The notes under the pieces are model-generated. The model made no database searches and had not been told where the DNA came from. It saw only the letters and a program-made list of their open reading frames with translations. The translations under genes were made by a program, and so were the position numbers. DNA of 64,000 nucleotides from assembly GCF_006345805.1 (NCBI RefSeq), contig NW_021832844.1, forward strand, positions 62,001 through 126,000, written 5' to 3'. This DNA comes from Octopus sinensis (lineage: Eukaryota). This document shows positions 48,195 to 59,171 of the stretch, piece after piece; within the stretch, counting starts at the first letter, position 1, and each line of letters begins with the position of its first letter.

Positions 48195-49149
48195 TATTGT
48201 CTTATCCTGGTCCGACTTCGAGATAACAATGAAAATGTTAATAAGTAATTTCGTAATCAACTCGGAATTAATCTTCCAAGTATTATAACTTGTACGTCAA
48301 AAATAAATACCCAATTGGGTGGGATTATATTTATATTTTATAATCATTTAGACATTCGCTCGGTGTTTATCAGATTTTAGAAAGAGTTTTACAAACTCGA
48401 AAAATCATTAGGGATCACTGATTCTTGGTATTTTTCGAATCCCAGACATGCACATTACTCAAATTGAGGGATTAACTACTGGCTATATTGAAGTATTCAA
48501 AGCGATCAAAAAAGAGTGTGTATACAAGCCAGAGAGAAAAAATTCGAGAAATATGATGATGCCGAGAATGACGAAGACGTCTGGAATACAGGAACCTTCA
48601 ACTTGAAGCCTGCTACGACACAACGGGTCACTTATGGGGATGGTTACTGCCGACTCATCCGAGCAAAAGTATTTAGCCGAGCGAGTCTCCCTGGTTATGT
48701 TCAGAAGTAAAGGTCTGGATATCTCCCAATAATAAAACTAATCAAATAATCTCTTCATTTTGAATTATATGCCTAATAAAATGTAGTCAATTTCAAGGGT
48801 TGAGTGTATTAAGATTTGAGAAATAATGCGAAATTTGTAAATTAAAGAATATTATGCTTTTAAGGTTTAGTATTTGGCTTTCATCAAGTTGACAGAATTG
48901 CAGGTTTTTTAAAATTAATGAACTTCCAAATTTTGTAACTAGAATTAATAGTTACTTACTCTTTTGCTTTTGAAGAATAAATTATGCAATTTGTATTTAG
49001 AATGGATTGTTTGGCTGTTTTCGTAAAGAATTCCTATCAAAATTCTTTGTTAAAGACATGATGATTCGTGAAGCTCATTTCTCTGAGAGGCAATTATGTT
49101 AAACCGAAAATGAGTTAACAATTGTTCCTAAGAAGGGTAACCAAAATCG

Positions 49150-49360
49150 TCACCAGACGTCTCAAATTTCACGAAGCCTTTGTTTTTACACTCTAGTGTA
49201 CTTTAATACCAGAAAATAATCTATTATCTGCCAGAAATAAACTTATTTACCATGAGATTGTACATTCTGGGCATGGGATGCTCACTTCCAAGATAACAAT
49301 CTCCCCGGTGACCTTATCGTAAATCACTCGGGTTTTTTGTGCTAGACAACAATAAAGGTA
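49150..49360 (-). mobile_element. R4-like RLE remnant
   Basis: Decayed KP(D)VIYDKVTGEIVILEVSIP. Confidence 0.45.
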
Positions 49361-49505
49361 GGTATTGTGGTATCCACCTTAATACACACCTTAGAGTTGA
49401 CAAACAAAAAAATGAAATTAATGAAGCTGAATTTTCGAAACCACGCTGAACAATTAAACCACAATTGAGCATTTAAATACAATGAAGAAATCATAAAATG
49501 AACAA

Positions 49506-51117
49506 ATGGAATCATCATTGTCAAAAAGTATGATTAAGTGAATAATATTCATTTAGACAAGATATCCATCCGGGGAAGAATAATTATGGGAATTGGCACA
49601 TTCTGGTGCCTTGCAGTGACGTATATGCAACGGCAAAACATCAACGTTGTTATCGCACAAATAGTATCAATAAATGCATCTGAAAAAAATGTTGAATAAA
49701 TTCATGATCAATTTAGATATATGAATGGACTAAGCTGCAAAAAGCTGTAGTCTTAATGTCATTTTACGCCGGATATTGTTTGACACAAATTATTGGGGGT
49801 ATCTCAGCAGAAAAATACGGTTCAAAAATCACTCTGCTTGTATCAATATTTGTATCCTCTGCCGCGACATTCGCAACTCCACCCGCCTTTGATGCATCGC
49901 CATATGCTCTTGTAGTCATCAGAATATTAACAGGAGCCGCACAGGTTGAATAGATGACAGTATTTCAGGGATTATTTTTTCCTGCTTTTCTAATAATTGC
50001 TGCTAATTGGTTTCCTCCAGAATACAGAGTTTCTGCTATAGGACTAATGTATCCTGGTCAGCTATAGATTTTTAATTATGTAGGGACGTATTTTGGTACT
50101 ATTCTTTCTTTGTTTCTTGCTTCTGGACTTGCAAAAAACGTGGCATTGTGGAGAATATCTTTTTATGTATTAGGCAAGTTTAAAAAATGCTTATTTTAGG
50201 AATTATTGGAGTTATCTGGATCATTTTATGGATAATATTTGCTAGTGATGATCCTAAAAACCACAGATGGAGCAAGAGTGATGAAAAATTCTTTTTGGCA
50301 TCAAATGTCGAAAGAAAGCAGATCACAAACATCAAAGTTTTCTAAATCATCCATAAACAACTAGAAAATACCAATAATGGAGATGGTAAAGTCTGTTCCT
50401 TTGATAGCACTTATGACTTGTCATTTTTCGATTGCTTGGAGCTTCTTTCTTGTTGTGACAATTGCCCCTTCAATGATTAAGGATTTGTATTATGTCAGTG
50501 TTAAGAATGTAACTATTTTTGTTGTATTAAAGCAAACGTACATTACTTTTACAATTCCTTTGGTAACATGGATTGGAGGAACTGTTTCTTGTATGATGTG
50601 CGACTTTTTTCAAAAAAAATATTCGATTTCTAAAGTAAGAATAAGAAAAACTGCTGCTTTTTTTGGTTTGATGCATTTTATACAATTGATACAGCCCTGT
50701 TACCCGTGAGCATATTATTGTTATTTGCAACACTTATTCCTCCTAATAAATACTATTACGGAGTCTTTCTGATTGTCCTTTCCTGTTTGTTCTCAGGGAC
50801 TTTTGTTTCAGTGTCGATGGGTAATATTGGGGATATTGCTCCTCAATATTACGGCATCATTTCTGGAGCCAACAATACTTTGGGAGCAATTTCTGGTCTT
50901 ATTGCAATTCAGACATCGTATCAATTCGTTTCAGATAACGTGAGTGAAAGTTTTTACAAAATTGTTATAGCATAATCCACGGCAATGGCAAAATGTATTT
51001 TTATTAATGTTGGCAATACATATTGTCGGATTGACTGTTTTTCTTTTCTATGCTGGTGCAAAAATTCAAAAATGGGCAATTCAAGAACCCGAAGATACTA
51101 AAATTTCAGAGCTATAA
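49506..51117 (+). CDS. SLC17 (sialin/VGLUT-like) MFS anion transporter
   Basis: SFYAGYCLTQIIGG..AEKYGSK, IRILTGAAQG, ANWFPPEYR, DIAPQYYGIISGANNTLG, QWQNVF; micro-introns. Confidence 0.92.
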
Positions 51118-51439
51118 ACTTTTGAAAAAATTACAAAATTAACGCTATTAATAAAAAGATACTAATTTTTTGCCTAATAAATCTTCGGAAGCTGAGTGGT
51201 TTAGTATCTGCTCTTGTTCTCTAATGAAAAGTTGGCGCAAGCGAAACCTCAGTTACCTATGGCCCTCTGATTCTTGTGGTATTCAGAACGAAATGAATCG
51301 TGAAAATAAATTGTTCTAAGTCGTGAAATAAACGTCTATTATTAAATTTTAACTATAGAACCAAAGAATATTTGTTAATATCAATAATTTATTATGTATT
51401 AATTAAAGTATAATTTTCTCAATCTGTTCATTACTTCCT

Positions 51440-52830
51440 CTATTCTGATATTCCCTCATGTAAGGATGCCAGTCTCTTCCCTTGGGAAGTGCTGACAGGC
51501 AGTGGCGAAGTTATGGTCATATCTATTTGTCGATAAATTGCTTTAATTCTTTTGTCCAGTTCGAGAGTCCTTTGGCATGGCTCAATCGTTCCTATAGGAA
51601 AACAAATCATGCTCTCAAGGGTTTTTTTGATAGTGAGTGATTGTATATACGCATGTGTTCTCTCATTGATGTTCAACGATTGTGCATACTGTTGGAATTT
51701 TTAAGTGACAAGTCCGTCCAAGTTAATACAATCGGTACTATTCACATTGGCATGATATATCAACTCCAGTTCCTTTGATAGAAGGTCATACTTTCTAAGT
51801 TTTTCTATCTCCACTGTTTGTAGGTTTGGGGCAGATGTTATCCCAACCTCAATCAGGAATATCCGGTTGTTCTCTTGTCAAAGACAAACAAATCGGGCTT
51901 GTTATGTTCTAGTATTATGTTGTTTTTAATGAAAACGTCCACTTTATTTCGACAAACTCATTAACAGACACAGTTTGTACAGAGTGAGTTTTCAGCTTCT
52001 TCTCATTCTTGAGTCCGTATTCGCGACATAAATGGAAATGAATACACCTAACTACTTCATTATGCCTTCTAACATAGTCCCCATGCAGCATCTTTTCACA
52101 TCTGGTAGCACAGTGGTCGACAGTCTTCTTCCATTTCATACAGTGTGGGCACATTAAATTGTGGTCTGCAAAGAATAAATTTCTATCCTGTAGAAGACAG
52201 AACAAGCCTTCTGACCGTGGGGAATTATTGCCTCTGGCTAGCCAGTGACTGGAATCTTCAACCTTCACGAAATCTTCCTTATTTTTATAGCGAATCGAGT
52301 GAGACTTTTTGAAAAGTCTGATCCAGTAGGCGTTTGTTCTGCGCATCTATCTGACAACAGTTTTTTTTTCCAGTAAAAGTGAATCTTCAAAAATATTTGT
52401 GCTCAAGTATTCTTCAATAGTGGCCAGATGAGTTTTTTCCAACATTCCGGCATGAAGAATCGAGAAGCTTCTTTTGCAAGCACCACTTCTGCGTTTTAAG
52501 TCCAAAAGGAGTCCAAGGAGCATACTTTCACTTAGAAAGAAATTGAGCGTAATCCTCTCCCTCCAAATTCTTACGAGAAGATATAATCTCTGTTTGTTTG
52601 CTGGTCAGAGGTTTATTCTGTATTCAGTTAATTTTGATCGGATTGCATCGTCTACCATTTCGAATTCAAATGGCTCAATATCAACTAGTCCGATGTAATA
52701 ATTGTACAATGAAAGATCGTGTTCATTAATTGCTTTGAATAAGTTTACTCCATTCAATTTAGTATTTGCTAGCCTCTCTATCCGCATAATTACTTTTTCC
52801 AAAATGATTTTCAGCATTTTCTGAAATTTT
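51440..52830 (-). mobile_element. 5'-truncated R4/Dong-like RLE LINE
   Basis: CPHC..WKKTVDHCATRC, YVRRHNEVV, KPD..., EKLRKYD, YIQSLTIKKTLE. Confidence 0.85.
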
Positions 52831-52982
52831 AACTATACAATTTATTAACATTTACTAAAAAAATAAATAAAAAATAATATTTGAAATAGTCAATTTCCGT
52901 ACAAGGAGTTATCCAAAGAATACACCCCTCTTCACCACAAACCGGACAAGCCATTTTTTATGATTTTATTAATTTAATAATA

Positions 52983-54670
52983 TGTCACGGTCGGCTCATA
53001 TGGGTGGGCGACACGTATGGCTCTACCCATTTATTTTTTAATTTTGATCGGCAAATATAGTCTTAAATATTAATACAATATTAATTCTAAAATATTATGG
53101 CAAACCATCAAGTTTTATCATATTTTTTCGAACCACTTACCGTAGATTATTTGGACACAAGGATGTTATCTAATTTTTTAAAAATTTTTTAATTTCTTTA
53201 AAATTAATTTTTAAAACATAATTATTTAAAAAAATAACCAATTATTTTTATGTTTTTTAGAATGATCAAATTTCTTTTTGTATGCTCCATGGAAATAAAA
53301 ACTAAGCTCCATAGAATTTTATTTGTTACATGATTGATTTTCAAATCACATAGTAAGAAAAAAAATTTCCTTTAGGGATTTCAGATTATTTTTTGAAATT
53401 GAATTTACATAAAACATTTTTTTAGCTTAGAAATTTTTTTTTATTCGAGAAAAATGTAAATTTTTAATTTCTCCATTATCACTATTTAGTTTCATGACCT
53501 CATAATAGTCGCCATTTATTGAGATGATTTTGTATAAAGATGTGTCGATATCGTCATACAAAGGTAAATGACGGTGGGCCGGATTGCCATCATTATCATG
53601 TCTAACTACAACATGATCGCCGATTGCTAGGAATTCCTCGTCGTTTGGCCATTTTCTTTTTTGAGACATTTTTAAAGCTGCTCGAAGAGTATTTATTCTT
53701 GCCTCCTCCTGTTCTTTTTGCAGAACATTCATTGGATTAAGACTATCTTCCATCACATTGTCTATTGTGTAATTGTTACTCAAGATCTCGTCCTATTTTT
53801 ATCAAATTAGAGGTTACAGAATCGTCGTCGAAAGCCAACAGGCCTTGATAATCTTCAAGGCAAACTTCATTCAGATATTTGGCTCCGATAAAAATTTTGA
53901 ATGGTATTTTTCTTGTTGTCTCGTGAATGGTGTTGTTGTACATGAATACAATTCGTTTAAGGCAGGTTAAATAACTGCCAAATTTATTCTCTGAAGCAGT
54001 TGTTGACGAAATCCACCTTTTTATTGATTGATTGAATCATAATGTTAAATTACCTTGTATCTACCTTTCAACTTGACCTTGTATCCAAGGGGCACGAGGT
54101 CTACCAAATATCTGTTTAGTGCCGAACTCGAGGCACATCGCATGCATTTTAGAATTTTTAAATTCTCTACCATTGTCGGTATGCAGAATTGTTGGTGGTT
54201 GATATGCATAAAAAATTTTCCGAAACAATTCAGTAATCTCTTCTCCATTTTTTGTCTTTGCAATATCAACAATTCCAAATTTGGAGAATGAGTCAATGAC
54301 CACAAGAATCTATTCGTTAATTTATTGATTCTTACCCAGGAATAACCATCATTTTTTAAGAATACCGCCTAAGATCTATTAGATCCGCGATATATCTATC
54401 GCGCGGATTTTTAGCAATGATTGAAGTGACTGTGGGTTTAGTAGCCATTGTTTTTTTTGAAAAACAATAGCTACACCGACGAATGATTGCAGATATTTGG
54501 TCTCTAGTGCAATTGTAAAAAAGTTCTTCTTAAAATACTGAATAGTCGGTTTCGTCCAAAATCATATTTGTTATGTTCAGCCTAAAAATAATTGTAAGAA
54601 CTACTTCTATATAAGCTCTTTTAAGTTCTAGTTCATCAGTTGCAAAGTATCTAATTTTTATGTTTTTTAT
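52983..54670 (-). mobile_element. Ginger-like integrase element A (intron-containing; 5' end lost)
   Basis: Terminus TGTCACGG; H2C2 plus RYIADLIDL, ILVVIDSFSKF, LHTDNGREF, GRPRAPWIQGQVER; introns 54582-54604, 54310-54335 and about 54038-54064. Confidence 0.85.
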
Positions 54671-54679
54671 CTAGAATTC

Positions 54680-55134
54680 TATACAACGGAGCAAGAGCTC
54701 TCAACGCTGCTGGCTTCCCCAACGTGCTTGAACCAGTTGGATTGGACAGGGGGGACGGCAAACGCCCGGACGGGATGACCACCTTCCCATTCTGGAATGG
54801 CAATTGCCTGATCTGGGACGCCACGTGCGCAGACACGTGGTCCCCATCCGCTCTACCGTCATCTGCTTCTTCTTCCGGCTCGGTCGCGGCCGTGGCGGAA
54901 GCCCGCAAAGTAGAAAAGTACAAGAATCTTGCCACTCGGCATTCCTTCGTGCCTGTGGCTCTTGAGACATCAGGCGCTTCCGGCCCGCAGACCTCATGCT
55001 TCCTAAAAGACCTCGGTATCCTCATCGCTCGGAAGAAGATGGATGCTCGCGAGTCCTCTTGGTTGAGGCAGAGGATCTCACTCGCAATCGTGCGCGGGAA
55101 CGCGCAAGCAATCCGTTCGGCTGGGTTAATTTAG
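54680..55134 (+). mobile_element. CRE-clade 3' fragment
   Basis: RPDGMTTFPF, WDATCADT, VPVALETSG, QRISLAIVRGN. Confidence 0.9.
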
Positions 55135-55456
55135 TTAACTGACAATTGTTTTGTTAATTGATTTATTGATTAATTAGCAAAGAAACATTTATAGCCGAAC
55201 ATTCAAATAGACAAAATTTTCGAATAAAATAACATTTTCTGCGTATTTTTTTTATTTGAAGCATTTTGAATTTTTCTTATTTGAACAAAATAGCAATTCA
55301 TAAATTAAAATATCATTTTTAGTTAGGAAATCGATTTTAAAGCACAGACTAGTTGGCATTAATTTTAAATTTTATCATCGAAAATATTGGCATCCAATTC
55401 CATTTTAAGTGTTTGTCATTTTATAATATTTATTTTGACAAAGTCGATTTTGAAAT

Positions 55457-55717
55457 AAACTAAATTTATTTTATTAAGGGTCAAACTACTAAGTAAAGTC
55501 AACAAACTAATAAATTCTCCCAGCGAGACGGAGGGAACAGCTGTTGCCACGCATGACAGCCAGCAGGATCCTCTGAATGAGGAAAGTAAATTCCCTAGGG
55601 TCCTTGGACCGCGAAGAACAAAGATGTCCCAATTTCTTTAGGGAAGTGAGGGTCCCGGAGCCAAAGACGCCGGAAGTCTCGACAACGATTGGCCAAAACC
55701 AAAAGTCATCCATCAAA
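55457..55717 (-). mobile_element. Short CRE-clade 3' insertion with 11-bp TSD
   Basis: GATTTTGAAAT at 55446 and 55718; single copy at the empty site near 62468. Confidence 0.85.
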
Positions 55718-55740
55718 GATTTTGAAATTGAATTCAAATA

Positions 55741-57615
55741 TGTCACAGGCCACAACTGTTACTCCGCCATATATGTTACACTAAAAATTCATATAAATAG
55801 AAATAAAAATTTAAAATTAAAAATTAATACAAAGCATAACCTAATTGTTCGCAAAAATATGCTTTTCTGAATAGAAAAAATTTGGACTGAAACATGAATT
55901 TTTTCCCAAAAACCAACATACCGTGTAAAATATGAGTTTAAATTATTTAGGCAATCTATTTAATTTTGGCTTATCCATATCTTTTTTTTATTAAATAATT
56001 ATTCTTTTTTTTTAATAAAAAAATTTTAAAAGCCTCTTATTAGTTTAAAAACGTTTTCTATCAGGAATCACAAAAAAGAAGGATCATTCCCAATTTTAAT
56101 TAAGCGTGAAACATGTATTTTCTCATACATGTCACCTGTCTCACTTTGTATTGTTACTACTACAAATCGTCTTTTGCCACAATTGTGTATTTCACCATCT
56201 CTAATCCATCATAAAGTGGATATTGTCGTTTGTTAGCGTCATTATCTTGCCTAAATTACATGTTTATACATCCAAATACCTTCTTAAGATTACTATCTCT
56301 CCTACACTAAAAGTAGCCTCGTCATACTTCCATTTCTTCTCTGAGCCATTTTATCAGCTGCCAACAGAATATTTACATACGCTTCATTCCTTTCCTCTTC
56401 CAAATATTCTATGTCATCTTTTGCATAACAATGATTCTAGTTCCTCCTCTGATGTTTCATAGGATATTTTATGCCCATAAATAGATTAAATGGGACTTTT
56501 TTTGTGGTGGAATGGACAGTATTGTTATAATCAAAAACAATGTCTTTGATTATATCGCAATAGCGTCCAAACACATTCATCAGAGTAACTTTTAGATGAA
56601 ATCCATCTTTTGATACTCTGATTTAGTCTAAAGAATAATGTTATCTTACAACCTTCACCTGTCCCTGTACCCAAGGAGCCCTTGGTCGTCCACGGACGTT
56701 TATTTTGTACTTTTCACATAAACGGGCGACATGGTCATTGCAAAATTCTTTACCATTGTCTGTATGCAAGATCAATGGTGGCCCAATATAATAAAAGATG
56801 TTCTGAAATAACGAAGCAATTTCATGAGCTCTTTTGGTAAAGATAACTCAACTATCGCGAATTTCGAAAAAGAATCGACAATTACAAGAATCTAATCTTT
56901 ATATAGCCAAAAGTACCCAGTTATAAGAAATCATCATTAATATCTGAATATCTCCTTAGGTCCACTAAATCGGCGATATACCGATCGCGACTCCCGCCTT
57001 GCAATGATCGGCGTAACTGGGGGTTTAGTAGCCAATGATTTTTTTGACTAAAAAATTAATAAAAAAAACTTAAAACCTGGCAAGGAATACATCGTTTTAT
57101 GACACGATTGATCTCTGCACGTGATATTCCGTGGTATAAAGCGCCAATTTTGAAAACAACCGGTCTCGACCAAAATGATTCAAATTATGTCAGCAATTGA
57201 AATAAACATTTATTATGCAACTTCAATATATTTATCTTTAAGTTCAGCTTCATCGCTGCAGAAAAATCTAATTTAAGTCATCTTTAGTGATATATGGAGC
57301 TCCATCCAAAAATCAAATTTTTTGCTAATTTCAGTAGTCTTGATCTTTGCATCCGCGAAAGCGTCCTGCTGACGAATACGAGCTCAGGATTGCTCTTAAG
57401 TTCCTTAAGTAATTCAAGTCTTCCTTTGTTACTTGCACTAAACGCATTTTTAACGTGTATTGTAATTTAAAAAACATCAATATTTTTTAAAAATTTATAA
57501 GTTTTCTTGATTTCATAGAAATATACCAAGGATTCATGTTTTAAGTTTTTTCCAACTTGACAATTTGATGTTGGTGTAACACATCTGGCGGAGTAACAGT
57601 TGTTGGCCGGTGACA
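55741..57615 (-). mobile_element. Ginger-like DNA transposon B, both ends present, coding decayed, 1875 bp
   Basis: TIR TGTCACAGGCCACAACTGTTACTCCGCC / GGCGGAGTAACAGTTGTTGGCCGGTGACA; 5-bp TSD AAATA confirmed by the empty site; integrase with 25-29 nt introns. Confidence 0.9.
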
Positions 57616-57804
57616 AAATATTTTTTTGAATTTTTTTCTAAGTCCATAAGTGTAACGACCTAGGCTCGGTAACAACCTAGGCTCGTGACAAAATATTAGT
57701 TCTATAATAGCATATATAATAATTAATACACAATTATTAGTAAGTAACAATATTAAGCGTAAGTTTTTTTTAACTATATTTTTTTAACAACAAAGTAAAT
57801 AACT

Positions 57805-58734
57805 GACAATATCATGGCCGTCCCCAAGTAGAGAACCAAGTTTGTTCGTTTTGCGCCGGGCTTCACTTGAGCTTCTCTCCATCCTCATGATTTCACGATG
57901 TCGGTTTTTCCAACGTTTCATTTTAAGGAACCATCTGTTCAGCTCAGCAGGTGCCACTTCAAGGAGTCGAAGTAAGGCCGATTTGTCGTCTGACACGAAG
58001 TCGACGTCATCTGCATATACAATTTCGACGATATTGCCAGCATAGAATTTTCGAAGGTCTCGTAGTGCCGTCTCCAGATAGATCACGAATAGCAACGGCG
58101 AGAGGGCGTCTCCCTGAGGGTACCGACGTAAGAAGAAAGGCTCTCGCTTGGGCCACGATGAACAAGATAAGAAAGAGTGGATCGGCAAACGACGACTCTG
58201 TACGTCACTTCTTCTGAGGATGTATGAAGCCTTGTCAACCAATCCTGACATATAATTCGGCGACCTGGGGAATGTCTAGTACTGAACAACGTGGACTCGA
58301 TTCTTTTCACCGCAGGCAACTTAGATCCCTACTGGGATTGAACTGGCCTATAAGAATCAACCAGGAATCGCTATACAATAGATGCAGAACTGGCCCTCTG
58401 AGTGGGAAATCGTTAATATGCGGTGGAGGTTTTTTTGGCCATATTCTACGAATGGACATGCTTGCCCCAGCTAACATAGCAATGGAGGGCTACTTCCTGA
58501 AAGAGGGATCGAGCTTCCGTGGACGTCCACGTGTTACGCTGCCGGAAACACTTGACGGAGACCTGAAATGTGTGAAGAAAAGGCTAAGGAGTGGTGAGGA
58601 TCTGGACGAGCTGAGGAAACTCGCTCACGACAGAGGAGGTTGGAGGAGGCTGGTTCAAAGGATTGTTTTTAATGCTGCACGAGTAAAATTATAACTAATA
58701 TGATTCTACGTATGTTGCAAATAATAATAATAAT
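57805..58734 (+). mobile_element. 5'-truncated RTE LINE with 5' inversion
   Basis: 13-bp TSD AAAGTAAATAACT (57792, 58735); (AAT)n tail; 57805-58130 inverted (PQGDALSP, YADD); 58131 onward direct. Confidence 0.92.
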
Positions 58735-59081
58735 AAAGTAAATAACTACAAGTACAAGCGTAAGTTTTTGATTTTTCATATTTAATTAATAAAATCATCA
58801 AAAATAGCTTGTCCGGTTTTCGGTGACGAGGGGTGTATGTCTTAAACAAATAGAATTCCCAGTTTCTCTTACTTTTTCTTGTATGTCATTAATTGAAATT
58901 TGCTGATTTGAAACTACTTTTTTAATCTGATTAGATATCATATCAAATATTGTCAGCCATCTATGATATCATTATCAAAAAATATATAATAGCAAATTTT
59001 TTTCAAATTGAGATTCGTTTCAACAAATTCCAATCATATCCGTCTATAAATAAATTTAACTTTATGTGCTCTATAATCAAA

Positions 59082-59171
59082 ATGAAATCATGTAAAATCT
59101 GCGGAGCCAGAGCTAATGGAACAAACTATTCTGTCAGAAGTTGTCACGGGTGCAAAAATTTTTTTCAGTAT
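59082..59171 (+). pseudogene. Truncated duplicate of nuclear receptor exon 1
   Basis: Identical to 63017-63106, then cut by a LINE. Confidence 0.85.

Larger units (their letters stand above)
52923..58835. mobile_element. Tc1/mariner-like non-autonomous element (outer shell of a nested stack)
   Basis: Inverted ends CACCCCTC(T/G)TCACC..AAACCGGACAAGC..., each flanked by TA. Confidence 0.55.

Noticed and set aside
48300-48720. Possible exons (ORF 48516-48710)
   Set aside because: No recognisable motif or consistent splice model.
57541-57750. ORFs MLLTNNCVL... (also 62439-62621)
   Set aside because: Chance AT-rich ORFs on the duplicated upstream segment.
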